The notes under the pieces are model-generated. The model saw only the letters and a program-made list of their open reading frames with translations, had not been told where the DNA came from and did not search any database. A stretch of 64,000 nucleotides of DNA, taken from contig CAYXSR010000001.1 in NCBI GenBank assembly GCA_964467735.1, positions 108,839 to 172,838 of the forward strand, read 5' to 3'. How positions within the stretch are numbered: position 1 is the stretch's first letter; each line of letters opens with the position of its first letter. Source of the DNA: an uncultured Pseudomonadales bacterium (lineage in GTDB: Bacteria > Patescibacteriota > Microgenomatia > UBA1400 > CAYXSR01). Positions 38,283 to 48,392 of this stretch are shown piece after piece. Both the position numbers and the translations under genes were made by a program.

Positions 38283-40490
38283 ATGTTATCTATGAAGATT
38301 ATAAAACTAAAGAAATTTCTTTCTCATAAAAAAAATCTTTTTTTTATTGGAATTGTTTTTATTTTGATTGCTATCTCTTTTTATATCCTTAATGACCTAC
38401 CTTCTCCCACAAAACTTGCTAAACCAATTTATCCTGTCTCTACTCAAATTTTTGATCGGAATAAAAAACTTCTTTATGAAATATATAGTGATAAGAAACG
38501 CACCCCAATTAAACTATCAGAAATACCTGATTATGTAAAACAAGCCACCATTGCTATTGAAGACAAAAATTTTTACAAACATCAGGGTCTTGATTTTTCT
38601 GGTATAACAAGAGCTTTTTATAATATTGTTTTTAAAAAAAATATTCAAGGCGGTTCGACAATTACTCAGCAATTAATTAAAACAGCCCTTCTTACTCCAG
38701 AAAAAACAGTAAAAAGGAAAATCAGAGAAGCAATCTTGGCTTTTTTAACTGAAATTATTTATACAAAAGATGAAATTTTAGAAATGTATCTTAATTTTAT
38801 TCCATACGGTGGTACTTCCTATGGTATAGAACAGGCGGCAAGAACTTACTTTGATAAACCAGCAAAAGATTTAAACTTAGCTGAGGCGGTTCTTCTTGCT
38901 GGATTGCCAGCTGCTCCTACTCGTTTCTCACCATTTGGGGTAAATCCAAAATTAGCCGAAGAACGACAGCATCAGGTCTTAAGTAGAATGGTAGAAGATA
39001 ATTACATTAGCGAGGAAGAGGCGGAAAAGGCTGAGAATGAACCTCTCAAATTTACCTCCCAAACTACAGATATTAAAGCTCCTCATTTTGTAATGTATGT
39101 TAAAGATTTATTAGTAGAGAAGTATGGACAAAAGATGGTTGAGCAAGGAGGGTTAAGAGTGATTACTTCCTTAGACCTAGATATCCAAGAGTTTGCTCAA
39201 CAGACTGTTGCTTCAGAAGTTGCTAAATTAAAAAACATGAATGTTGGAAACGGAGCTGCTTTGGTTACTAAACCACCAACTGGAGAAATACTAGCAATGA
39301 TTGGTTCAAAAGATTACTTTGATACCGAGAATGATGGAAATGTGAATGTGACTACTAGCCTAAGACAACCTGGTTCTTCAATTAAACCTATTAATTATGC
39401 CGTTGGTCTCAAAAAGGGATATACGCCGGCAACTCTGTTTTTAGATATTCCTACTTGTTTTTCAATACCCAACCAGCCGCTTTATTGTCCTCATAACTAT
39501 GATGGAAAATTTCACGGACCTGTTCAGATGCGCTTTGCTTTAGGTAATTCTTTCAATATTCCAGCAGTAAAGATGTTAGCTTTGAATAGTGTCCAAGACA
39601 TGATCGATACTGCTTCGGCAATGGGAATTAGTACCTGGGAAGATCCCAGCCGTTATGGATTATCATTAACCTTAGGAGGCGGTGAAGTAAAAATGGTTGA
39701 TATGGCCGTTGCCTTTGGTGTCTTTGGTAACCAAGGTAAAAAAATAGGCCTTGATCCAATCTTAAAAGTATATGATTATCAAGGAAAGGTCTTAGAAGAA
39801 AAGGACTTAGAAAATCACCCGCCGGCCGGAGAAAATGTTTTAGATCCACAGGTAACCTATCTTATTTCCCATATTCTTTTAGATAACAATGCTCGGACAC
39901 AAGCTTTTGGACCCAGCTCACAATTAGTTATTCCTAATCATGCAGTCTCTGTTAAAACAGGAACCACTGATGATTTAAGGGATAATTGGACAATTGGTTA
40001 TACACCTTCATTCTTGGTTAGTAGTTGGATTGGAAACAATAACAACTCACCAATGCATCCTTATTTAGTTTCTGGAGTAACTGGTGCCGCCCCGATTTGG
40101 CATAAAATAATGAGCTATGTTTTAGAAGACAAACCCGATGAGTGGCCTAAGAAACCAGATACAATTATTGGCCGTCATACTTGTCAACAACAAGAAGGAG
40201 AAGAAGATAATTGTCTTGGGGATAGATTTGAATATTTTATCAAAAACAACGATGCAAAAGTCTTTAATGGTAAAATTGAAAAAAAACAAATTTGGATTGA
40301 TAGAGAAACCGGCCGCCCACCTGAACCAGGAAAAGTAGATAACCTTGAACTCCAAGAACATACGGTTGCTTCTGATGCTTTTGTAAAAGATTATTGTCTA
40401 AGTTGTCCCCATGAAAATGAAAAACCAGTTGTTGTTAGTTACCCAGTTATAAATCAAGAGTCAATAATAAACTTTCCTTCTAATAATTAA
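38283..40490 (+). CDS. Class-A penicillin-binding protein (bifunctional GT51 transglycosylase/transpeptidase), copy 1
   Basis: GT51 motifs AIEDKNFYKHQG and GGSTITQQL. Transpeptidase motifs SSIKP (SxxK), SFN and KTGTT. N-terminal TM. An alternative start is at 38292 (MKIIK). Confidence 0.85.
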   Translation: MLSMKIIKLKKFLSHKKNLFFIGIVFILIAISFYILNDLPSPTKLAKPIYPVSTQIFDRNKKLLYEIYSDKKRTPIKLSEIPDYVKQATIAIEDKNFYKHQGLDFSGITRAFYNIVFKKNIQGGSTITQQLIKTALLTPEKTVKRKIREAILAFLTEIIYTKDEILEMYLNFIPYGGTSYGIEQAARTYFDKPAKDLNLAEAVLLAGLPAAPTRFSPFGVNPKLAEERQHQVLSRMVEDNYISEEEAEKAENEPLKFTSQTTDIKAPHFVMYVKDLLVEKYGQKMVEQGGLRVITSLDLDIQEFAQQTVASEVAKLKNMNVGNGAALVTKPPTGEILAMIGSKDYFDTENDGNVNVTTSLRQPGSSIKPINYAVGLKKGYTPATLFLDIPTCFSIPNQPLYCPHNYDGKFHGPVQMRFALGNSFNIPAVKMLALNSVQDMIDTASAMGISTWEDPSRYGLSLTLGGGEVKMVDMAVAFGVFGNQGKKIGLDPILKVYDYQGKVLEEKDLENHPPAGENVLDPQVTYLISHILLDNNARTQAFGPSSQLVIPNHAVSVKTGTTDDLRDNWTIGYTPSFLVSSWIGNNNNSPMHPYLVSGVTGAAPIWHKIMSYVLEDKPDEWPKKPDTIIGRHTCQQQEGEEDNCLGDRFEYFIKNNDAKVFNGKIEKKQIWIDRETGRPPEPGKVDNLELQEHTVASDAFVKDYCLSCPHENEKPVVVSYPVINQESIINFPSNN
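38865..39352. repeat. Copy A of a 488-bp near-identical block shared by the two PBP genes (462 bp perfectly identical, 38891..39352)
   Basis: Direct nucleotide comparison at a constant offset of 2459 bp from copy B. The only mismatches are at 38873 and 38890. Flanking gene sequence is diverged. Confidence 0.85.
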
Positions 40491-40552
40491 CTTTGATTAA
40501 TTAAATTAATTATATCTTTCATCTCTCAATATTTCTTGATAAAATTAAAACA

Positions 40553-42802
40553 ATGAAATATTCAGCGACAGGAAGAGATATAATTAACTTCAAAAAATTA
40601 TTAAAGTCTATTCGTTTTTGGATTTTATCATTTCTAGAAAATATTGGCCGGCTAACTTATAGAACTATCTTTCTTATTTTAGGAATTATTTTTAACTCTC
40701 TCATATTCTTAATTCAATTAATTAAACTTTTTAGAAGATATATAAAAAGATTTCTAGCTACTGCCAAGCAACAACTTCTAAGAATTCGTTTTATTATTTT
40801 ATTTATCTTCTTATTATCTTCTGGAAGTTTTTATTTTTTTATTATTCGTGAACTTCCTAATCCTGAAAAACTATTAAACCATGAACCTATCATTTCAACA
40901 AAGATATATGATAGAAAAGGACAGCTTCTATTTACCATTTTTAATGGTAGTCAAAAAAGATCTTTTGTTAAACTTTCCGATATTCCCAATCATGTAAAAC
41001 AAGCTACTATTGCCATCGAAGATAAAGATTTTTATAAACATCCTGGGTTTTCTTCAAAAGCAATTATCAGAGCAGCTTGGAAAAATATTTTTAATAATTC
41101 TTTGCAGGGAGGATCTACCATAACTCAACAATTAGTTAAAAATGTCTTTTTGACTTCCGAAAGAACGTTTAAGAGGAAAATAAAAGAAATAATTTTAAGT
41201 ATTCAGATGGAGTTAATTTTTAGCAAAGATGATATTTTACAAATGTATTTAAATGAAGTCCCTTACGGTGGTACTGCTTATGGCATCGAAGAAGCATCTC
41301 AAATGTATTTTAATAAAAGTGTTAAAGATTTGAACTTAGCTGAGGCGGCTCTTCTTGCTGGATTGCCAGCTGCTCCTACTCGTTTCTCACCATTTGGGGT
41401 AAATCCAAAATTAGCCGAAGAACGACAGCATCAGGTCTTAAGTAGAATGGTAGAAGATAATTACATTAGCGAGGAAGAGGCGGAAAAGGCTGAGAATGAA
41501 CCTCTCAAATTTACCTCCCAAACTACAGATATTAAAGCTCCTCATTTTGTAATGTATGTTAAAGATTTATTAGTAGAGAAGTATGGACAAAAGATGGTTG
41601 AGCAAGGAGGGTTAAGAGTGATTACTTCCTTAGACCTAGATATCCAAGAGTTTGCTCAACAGACTGTTGCTTCAGAAGTTGCTAAATTAAAAAACATGAA
41701 TGTTGGAAACGGAGCTGCTTTGGTTACTAAACCACCAACTGGAGAAATACTAGCAATGATTGGTTCAAAAGATTACTTTGATACCGAGAATGATGGAAAT
41801 GTGAATGTGACAATAATGCCTCGCCAACCAGGAAGTGCGATTAAACCCGTCAACTATGCTGTTGCTCTTTCAAATGGTTTCACTCCGGCGACTTTAATTG
41901 CCGATACACCGATTACTTATCATATTGCTGGTTCCTCACCATATTCGCCAGTAAATTATGATCAACGATTCCATGGTATGGTTACTTTAAGAACTGCTCT
42001 AGGATCCTCATATAATGTTCCGGCAGTAAAGACTTTATCCATTTTTGGTGTTGATAAAATGGTCGAAATGGGGAAGAAAATGGGAATCACCACTTGGGAT
42101 GATCCTAGTCGTTATGGGCTATCATTAACTTTAGGAGGAATTGAAGTAAAAATGGTTGATATGGCCGTTGCCTATGGAACTTTAGCTAATCAAGGAACAA
42201 GAGCCGATTTACAACCAATCTTAGAGATCACTGATTATAAAGGAAAAGTTTTAGAAAAATACCAACCTTCTGAACAGAAAAAATCAAATTATGTTTTAAA
42301 TCCAGGAGTAAGTTATCTTTTAAATAATATTCTTAGTGATAATCAAGCTCGGACACCGGCTTTTGGACCCAATTCTCTTCTATCAATTCCTAATCAGCAA
42401 GTAGCAGTTAAAACAGGAACTACCAATGATAAAAAAGATAATTGGACAATTGGCTATACTAGTGGTTTACTGACTGCTGTCTGGGTTGGAAATAATGATA
42501 ATTCTCCTATGAATGCGGTTGCCTCTGGGATAACCGGTGCTTCTCCGGTTTGGAATAAAATAATGAGCTATTTATTGGAAAATACTCCCTCTCATAAGTT
42601 TTTTATTCCCAATGGAATTAAAACTGTTCAAATTTGCAGTTTTAACGGGTTGCTTCCTTGTGATGGTTGCTTAGTAAAAAATGAATATTTTCTTGAAGGA
42701 ACAGAACCTAAATATCATTGCGACAGTGAAAAGATGAAAACTTTTACCACTCAATCAAAAGATAATCAACAAATACTTGAAGGAATACAGACAGTAAATT
42801 AA
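40553..42802 (+). CDS. Class-A penicillin-binding protein, copy 2 (tandem paralogue)
   Basis: AIEDKDFYKHPG, GGSTITQQL, SAIKP, SYN and KTGTT. N-terminal TM. 749 aa. Confidence 0.85.
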   Translation: MKYSATGRDIINFKKLLKSIRFWILSFLENIGRLTYRTIFLILGIIFNSLIFLIQLIKLFRRYIKRFLATAKQQLLRIRFIILFIFLLSSGSFYFFIIRELPNPEKLLNHEPIISTKIYDRKGQLLFTIFNGSQKRSFVKLSDIPNHVKQATIAIEDKDFYKHPGFSSKAIIRAAWKNIFNNSLQGGSTITQQLVKNVFLTSERTFKRKIKEIILSIQMELIFSKDDILQMYLNEVPYGGTAYGIEEASQMYFNKSVKDLNLAEAALLAGLPAAPTRFSPFGVNPKLAEERQHQVLSRMVEDNYISEEEAEKAENEPLKFTSQTTDIKAPHFVMYVKDLLVEKYGQKMVEQGGLRVITSLDLDIQEFAQQTVASEVAKLKNMNVGNGAALVTKPPTGEILAMIGSKDYFDTENDGNVNVTIMPRQPGSAIKPVNYAVALSNGFTPATLIADTPITYHIAGSSPYSPVNYDQRFHGMVTLRTALGSSYNVPAVKTLSIFGVDKMVEMGKKMGITTWDDPSRYGLSLTLGGIEVKMVDMAVAYGTLANQGTRADLQPILEITDYKGKVLEKYQPSEQKKSNYVLNPGVSYLLNNILSDNQARTPAFGPNSLLSIPNQQVAVKTGTTNDKKDNWTIGYTSGLLTAVWVGNNDNSPMNAVASGITGASPVWNKIMSYLLENTPSHKFFIPNGIKTVQICSFNGLLPCDGCLVKNEYFLEGTEPKYHCDSEKMKTFTTQSKDNQQILEGIQTVN
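41324..41811. repeat. Copy B of the same block (perfect identity 41350..41811)
   Basis: Identical to 38891..39352. Both copies are in-frame and encode the same 154-aa segment (…AGLPAAPTRFSPFGVNPKLAEERQHQVLSRMVEDNYISEEEAEKAENEPLKF…GNVNVT). Confidence 0.85.
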
Positions 42803-43782
42803 TCGTTTTTATTAAACTGCCAAAAAATCTTAGAGATTTTTGGAAGAGCATCCAGGGCTTCGTCTTCAGATACTTCTTTAGTTAAAATGCATAAAACATA
42901 AGGATTTTCAGCAAAAACAATGCCGCAATCATTATATGTTTGAATCTCATTTCCAATTTTATGAACTACTCTAATATTCTCTGGAACTCCTTTAGGAATT
43001 CTATCTTCAAAGGCAGTATCAATTAGGGCGGCAAAAATTTTCTCTTTATTTCTTTCTTTCAACAAAGAACCTTCATAAAGAGCAGCAAAAAAATTACCCA
43101 TTTCTTTAGGAGTTGTTATATTATCTGCTAATAAAGTATTAGTTGCCCCAAGTTTATTTAAAGTGCTTTGAATTTTGCTTCTTCCAATAATTTTTTCCAA
43201 AACATAAGCGGCCGTATTGTCAGAGATTTTCCCTGATAATTCAACAAGTTCACGATAAAAATATTTTGTTCCTAAAGATTGATATCTCATTTGACCTGTT
43301 CCATAATCCTGAACATCTTGTTTTTGTAAGAAATATTCGCCCTCTTCTTTAAGTCTTTCCACTTCTACTTCTTGATAAAAAGCAACCATAATCGGAACTT
43401 TATTAACAGAGGCGGCAGTAAAAACTTCATTCTCATTAAAACCCAATTCTATGTCTTTTTGCAAATTAAAATAATAAACACCGTAAACACCACGAAGCTC
43501 AGAAACTAAAGAATCTAAAGAATATAAAACATCTTCTTTATTTTTGAAACCGCTTGTATCTTTTGCGACCTTTGAAGAATTCTTAGTTACTTCATAAACA
43601 AAAGGTTGTTGAAAGCCTTCAAACCAATTAAGTCTTTTACTCCTCAGCCAAAAAATAGCAGAGATTAAAACAGAACCAAGTAAAGTTACTAAAGTTATTA
43701 TCCTTCTTTTTCTCTTTACTCTTTTATTATCTTGTTTATCACTAAGTTTATTATCGAGAAGTTTTTCCCTTGTAATTTGCAT
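42799..43782 (-). CDS. Class-A beta-lactamase-like serine hydrolase, membrane-anchored
   Basis: SVNK (SxxK), SDN and KIG (KTG-type) motifs in the canonical order. N-terminal TM. 327 aa. Confidence 0.6.
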   Translation of the reverse strand: MQITREKLLDNKLSDKQDNKRVKRKRRIITLVTLLGSVLISAIFWLRSKRLNWFEGFQQPFVYEVTKNSSKVAKDTSGFKNKEDVLYSLDSLVSELRGVYGVYYFNLQKDIELGFNENEVFTAASVNKVPIMVAFYQEVEVERLKEEGEYFLQKQDVQDYGTGQMRYQSLGTKYFYRELVELSGKISDNTAAYVLEKIIGRSKIQSTLNKLGATNTLLADNITTPKEMGNFFAALYEGSLLKERNKEKIFAALIDTAFEDRIPKGVPENIRVVHKIGNEIQTYNDCGIVFAENPYVLCILTKEVSEDEALDALPKISKIFWQFNKND

Positions 43783-44750
43783 TAATCAATAAAATCTTTT
43801 ATTGTTTTTATTAAGCTGTCACTATCTAATGAATATTCTTTGAGCAAACCTTGATAACTACTGGCAGTCTGTCCAAATCTATCATTAATTCCTAAGCTTA
43901 TACATTTATACATGAAACCAAGATTTTTTAAAGAATTAAAAACAGCCGAAGCTAATCCACCAAGTAATTGGTGATCTTCTATAATTATTAACTTCTTGGT
44001 TTTATTTAGAGATTTAATAATTGTCTTTCCATCCAATGGTTTGATTGTATGCAAATTAATGATTTCTAGCTTCACTTTTAATTTTTCTAATTGTTCAGCT
44101 GCTTTTAACACTTCTGCTAATAGTGGTCCTGCACTAATAACTGTTGCCATTGATCCTTCTTTTAAAATTTGCGCTTTACCAAGGTTAAATATATTCTTCT
44201 TACTAATGAAAACTTCTGTGGGTTCACGGGTGATTCGAAGATAAACCGGCGAGTTAGAATCAGTAATTTTTTCAACCAACATTTTTGCTTGATTATAATC
44301 GGCTGGATAAACGACTTTCATATTCGGTAATACTTGCATTAAAGCTAAATCTTCTGTTGCTTGAGCAGTAAAACCATCGCTTGGATGAGAAAGGCCGGCA
44401 TGAGAACCAACAATCTTAACTGGTAAATTGTTAGCGGCAATACAAATTCTTATTTGTTCCCAAGCTCTACCAGTGACAAAGGTCGCAAAAGAACAGACGA
44501 AAGGAATGAGCCCTTGCATCGCTAAACCAGCACTAATACCAATAAGGTTCTGTTCGGCTACTCCCACTTGAAAAAATCGATCAGGAAAAGTTTTATGAAA
44601 TAAGTCTAAACGAGTTGAGCTCTCCAAATCAGCTGTTAATGCTAAAATTTTTTCTTTTTTCTTAGCTACTTCCACTAAGGATTCACCAAAAGCATCTCTT
44701 AATGACCTTTTCTCTTTTAATTGCCAATCTTTTATTAAAAACTTATTCAT
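43782..44750 (-). CDS. Transketolase, C-terminal (pyrimidine-binding) subunit
   Basis: 322 aa, collinear with the C-terminal half of transketolase. Overlaps the N-terminal subunit gene by 8 nt. Confidence 0.85.
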   Translation of the reverse strand: MNKFLIKDWQLKEKRSLRDAFGESLVEVAKKKEKILALTADLESSTRLDLFHKTFPDRFFQVGVAEQNLIGISAGLAMQGLIPFVCSFATFVTGRAWEQIRICIAANNLPVKIVGSHAGLSHPSDGFTAQATEDLALMQVLPNMKVVYPADYNQAKMLVEKITDSNSPVYLRITREPTEVFISKKNIFNLGKAQILKEGSMATVISAGPLLAEVLKAAEQLEKLKVKLEIINLHTIKPLDGKTIIKSLNKTKKLIIIEDHQLLGGLASAVFNSLKNLGFMYKCISLGINDRFGQTASSYQGLLKEYSLDSDSLIKTIKDFID

Positions 44751-45561
44751 CTTTTTCTAATTCTTGAAGAGCTCTTTGATAAAAATTGTCATCTACTTTT
44801 GGATGATGGACGTCAGCTCTTCCCTCCATAAACGAAATACCTCGACAACCAACTGTGTGACTTATCAAAACTGTCGGTTTATCTTTTTTGAGTTGTTTAT
44901 TAAATGCTTTAAAAATTTGTCTAAAATTATGGCCGTTTAACTCAATAACTCGCCATCCAAAACTCTCGTATTTTTTCTTTAATGGCTCTAAAGCTAATTG
45001 TTTCTCTGTAAATCCACCTATTTGAGTACCATTACGATCAATAATAGCAATTAAGTTTTTTAACTTGTAATGACTAGCAGCCATTGCCGCCTCCCATACT
45101 TCTCCTTCTTGCTGCTCACCATCGCTCATCATAACAATTACTTTATTATTTTTCTTTTTTATTTTTAATCCGAGCGCAATTCCGACTGCTTGTGACAAGC
45201 CCATTCCTAATGATCCAGAAGATATCTCAATACCCGGTAGGCTTTTTCTTTTAGGATGTCCCTCTAATTTACTTCCGGTTTGTCGGAATTTTTTTAATTC
45301 ATCTTTTGAAAAAAATCCTTTATAAGCTAAAATTGCATATAAAGCAGGACAAGCATGTCCATTTGAGAGTAAAAAATAATCTCTTTCTTCCCAATTTGGT
45401 TTTTTTGGATTAATTTTTAAAAGGTTACCAAAATATAAAGCAACTAACATTTCAGCAGTAGAAAAAGAGCTTCCCAAATGCCCGCTACCTGCCTGATGAA
45501 TCATCTCTAAAACTTCTAATCTTATCTTTTTGGTTATTTTTTTCAGTTCATGAATGTTCAT
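44743..45561 (-). CDS. Transketolase, N-terminal (thiamine-diphosphate-binding) subunit
   Basis: GHLGSSFSTAE, GSLGMGLSQAVG, MMSDGEQQEGEVWEA. 272 aa. Confidence 0.9.
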   Translation of the reverse strand: MNIHELKKITKKIRLEVLEMIHQAGSGHLGSSFSTAEMLVALYFGNLLKINPKKPNWEERDYFLLSNGHACPALYAILAYKGFFSKDELKKFRQTGSKLEGHPKRKSLPGIEISSGSLGMGLSQAVGIALGLKIKKKNNKVIVMMSDGEQQEGEVWEAAMAASHYKLKNLIAIIDRNGTQIGGFTEKQLALEPLKKKYESFGWRVIELNGHNFRQIFKAFNKQLKKDKPTVLISHTVGCRGISFMEGRADVHHPKVDDNFYQRALQELEKDE

Positions 45562-45564
45562 TAA

Positions 45565-46203
45565 TTATTGTAAAGATAAAAATGTTTCTTTAAGATTATT
45601 TTGTTTCCAAAAAAAACTACCAACGGCAATACTGTCTGCTCCTGCCAGATAACAAGCTTTTGCTGTTTTGAAATTTATTCCTCCATCTACACAAATCTCA
45701 AAATTAAATTTCTCTTCTTGTTTTAATCTTCTTAATTTTTTTATCTTCTCCAAAACTTTTGAATTAAATTTTTGACCACTAAAACCCGCTTTAACTGCCA
45801 ACAATAATATAATATCAATTTTTTTAAGGTTTTTTTTATTAATTAAACTAACCGGTGAGTCTAAATCTAATGCTAAACCAGGTTTAATTCCTTTTTTCAA
45901 AACGCTCTGAATAAATAATGATTCATTTTGTAATTCCTCTAGATGGGCAATAAGCCGATTAATTTTTATTAATTTTATTTGTTCAATTAATTGAATTGGT
46001 TTTTTCACCATAAGATGTAAATCAATCTGAAATTGATTTACATCTTCTATTTGACTGAGTAAAGAAATCGGAACTGTTTTATTATTAACAAATTTTCCGT
46101 CAAGACAATCAATTTGAATATGGTGCGTAATATTTTGTAATCGGTGAAGTTTATCCTTTAGTTTTTTAATATCATCAGTAAGAATTGTGGGAATTACTTT
46201 CAT
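45565..46203 (-). CDS. rpe: Ribulose-phosphate 3-epimerase
   Basis: MKVIPTILTDDI N-terminus and CVDGGIN. Start chosen at MKVIP. The ORF-track extension (to 46251) would overlap the gap gene. Confidence 0.75.
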   Translation of the reverse strand: MKVIPTILTDDIKKLKDKLHRLQNITHHIQIDCLDGKFVNNKTVPISLLSQIEDVNQFQIDLHLMVKKPIQLIEQIKLIKINRLIAHLEELQNESLFIQSVLKKGIKPGLALDLDSPVSLINKKNLKKIDIILLLAVKAGFSGQKFNSKVLEKIKKLRRLKQEEKFNFEICVDGGINFKTAKACYLAGADSIAVGSFFWKQNNLKETFLSLQ

Positions 46204-47204
46204 TTTGCGATTAATAGTATTTCTTCTACTAAACGATTGATATACCCCCATTCATTGTCATACCAAGCAATAATCTTTAGAAGATCATCAGCAACCACTG
46301 TGGTTAAAGACAGATCGACAATACATGATAAACAACTACCGATTATGTCTGAAGACACTAAGGGCTCTGCCGTGTAACCTAAAACATTTTTTAATTCTTT
46401 TTGAGAGGCTTCTTTAATAATATTGTTAACTTCTTCTTTTGTTGTTTTTCTTTTAGTTACAAACACTATATCACTTAAAGAACCTACAGGAACAGGCACT
46501 CTTACTGACAAACCATCAAAAATATTTTTAACTTTAGGGTATACTTTTCCTGTTGCTCCGGCAGCACCAGTAGTTGTAGGAACAATATTTATGGCTGCTG
46601 ATCGACTTCGACGTAGATCTTTATGTGAACCATCAAGGATCTCTTGATCAGAAGTATAGGCATGAATAGTTGTCATTATGGCTTTTTTGACACCGATTTT
46701 TTGATCAATTAATTTAATAATTGGAGCAATACAGTTTGTTGTGCAAGAAGCACAAGAAATTATTGGTTCATTTTTTAGTCGATTCTCATTAACACCAATA
46801 ATATAAATTGGAATATTTCCTTCCTTAGACGGAGCTGATAGAATTACTTTTTTAACTGTATCTCTGAGGTGTTTTTTAATGTCTGTTTCTTTTCGGAAAA
46901 CACCAGTTGATTCAATTACAATTTCTGTTCCATATTTTCCCCATGGAATCTTTTCCGGATCTAATTCTCCCATTACAGGAATATTTTCTCCATCAACAAC
47001 TATATGTTCACCTTTAGTTTGTACTTCACCTTCATATTTTCCATAAACACTATCGTATTTAAAAAGATGAGCCCAACCGACTGCATCCATTTTTCCGGAT
47101 GTGTTTATAGCCACTAACTGAATTTTATCTTTAAAATCTTTTAATATTAATCTAGCAGCCAAACGACCAATTCGACCGAAACCATTAATACCAACTTTAA
47201 TCAT
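46200..47204 (-). CDS. gap: Glyceraldehyde-3-phosphate dehydrogenase
   Basis: GINGFGRIGR NAD-binding motif, active-site ASCTTNC. Start chosen at MIKVGINGFG; the ORF-track extension (to 47252) overlaps rpiB. Confidence 0.9.
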   Translation of the reverse strand: MIKVGINGFGRIGRLAARLILKDFKDKIQLVAINTSGKMDAVGWAHLFKYDSVYGKYEGEVQTKGEHIVVDGENIPVMGELDPEKIPWGKYGTEIVIESTGVFRKETDIKKHLRDTVKKVILSAPSKEGNIPIYIIGVNENRLKNEPIISCASCTTNCIAPIIKLIDQKIGVKKAIMTTIHAYTSDQEILDGSHKDLRRSRSAAINIVPTTTGAAGATGKVYPKVKNIFDGLSVRVPVPVGSLSDIVFVTKRKTTKEEVNNIIKEASQKELKNVLGYTAEPLVSSDIIGSCLSCIVDLSLTTVVADDLLKIIAWYDNEWGYINRLVEEILLIAK

Positions 47205-47220
47205 TTTTAAACCCCGCTTT

Positions 47221-47694
47221 TTAACCTGAGCGGCCTCCTTTTTCATATTCAATAATTTTTTCTATTCGCCTTTTATGTCTATCCTCGTTAGAAAATTCCG
47301 CTCCTAAAAAGGTCTCCATTATTCTAAAGTTTTCTTCTTGATCAATCTCTGAAGCTAAAACTAATACATTACAATCATTGTGAGCTCGACTAGTAACCGC
47401 TTGACCAACCGAAGTACACAAAGCCGCTCTTATTCCTAGAATTTTATTAGCAGCAATGCTCATCCCTATTCCTGAACGACAAACCAAGATGCCTAGGTTT
47501 TCTTTATTCTTACAAACTTCCTTTCCTAACTTAAAAGCAAAGTCTGGATAATCATCATCCTGATGCATTATTTCCGCTCCTAAATCAATTAATTGTCTTT
47601 TTTTATTTAGATTAGAATGAGCTTTAAAATAGATTTTAATTTCTTCTTTTAAATCAAATCCCGCGTGATCGGCAGCAATAAAAAGTTTATTCAT
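47221..47694 (-). CDS. rpiB: Ribose-5-phosphate isomerase B (RpiB/LacAB family)
   Basis: MNKLFIAADHAGFDLKEEI N-terminus, CRSGIGMSIAANK. 157 aa. Confidence 0.85.
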   Translation of the reverse strand: MNKLFIAADHAGFDLKEEIKIYFKAHSNLNKKRQLIDLGAEIMHQDDDYPDFAFKLGKEVCKNKENLGILVCRSGIGMSIAANKILGIRAALCTSVGQAVTSRAHNDCNVLVLASEIDQEENFRIMETFLGAEFSNEDRHKRRIEKIIEYEKGGRSG

Positions 47695-47726
47695 ATATCC
47701 TCTCTTAAGTAATTAAATTATTATTT

Positions 47727-48350
47727 TTAAACAGTGCTTCGGCTAGTAAAAGCTCTTTCTGAACTAGAGCTAATGACCTTCTTCAATCGTTTTAAAAAAT
47801 CTTTCTCAAAACCTTTAATTGCTTTCACAACTCCCTCAGGAGAATTAACAATTTTAAATAATTCCTCTTCTTTTCCTCGTAAGAATAAGTGACTTTTAAG
47901 ACATTTAATTATGTCTCTCCAAAAATCACCATATAAAATAAAAGGTTTATGAACACCATAATAAAGCCTTGCTAAACACCAAGCAGTAGCAAATTCTGAC
48001 AACGTTCCTGTTCCTCCTTTAAAAATTATATAAATATCCCCATGTTCTAGAAGTTTAAACATTCGCTCAATATAATTGCCTGTTTTTATCTCTTTGTCGG
48101 TAATGTTTTTAGCATAACGACCTTCAAATCCAGGAGCACTTTTGGGATAAAAAGTAACTGCTAATGTTTCTCCATTAACCGACTTTGCTCCCTGAGTTGA
48201 GGCATCCATTACTCCAGGGCCACCACCATTAACAATTACAAAACCTTTTTCTGCTAAAATCTTGGCAACTTTGAAAGCTTGTTTATATAGTTTATCTTTA
48301 GGTTTAGAGTCTGAGTATCCAAAAAAAGCAATATTTTTAATAAATTTCAT
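47727..48350 (-). CDS. LOG-family nucleotide 5'-monophosphate nucleosidase (TIGR00730-like)
   Basis: NGGGPGVMDA and KGGTGTLSEF motifs. 207 aa. Confidence 0.8.
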   Translation of the reverse strand: MKFIKNIAFFGYSDSKPKDKLYKQAFKVAKILAEKGFVIVNGGGPGVMDASTQGAKSVNGETLAVTFYPKSAPGFEGRYAKNITDKEIKTGNYIERMFKLLEHGDIYIIFKGGTGTLSEFATAWCLARLYYGVHKPFILYGDFWRDIIKCLKSHLFLRGKEEELFKIVNSPEGVVKAIKGFEKDFLKRLKKVISSSSERAFTSRSTV

Positions 48351-48392
48351 CTCTTCTATAATAACATATCTTAATCTTAGTAGCCAAGAAAT

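Noticed and set aside
38891-41811. Whether the 462-bp identical repeat pair is an insertion sequence, MITE or other mobile element
   Set aside because: Both copies are in-frame within the PBP genes and encode a conserved PBP segment. There are no terminal inverted repeats, target-site duplications or transposase. It is interpreted as intergenic recombination or conversion (or an assembly artefact), not a mobile element.
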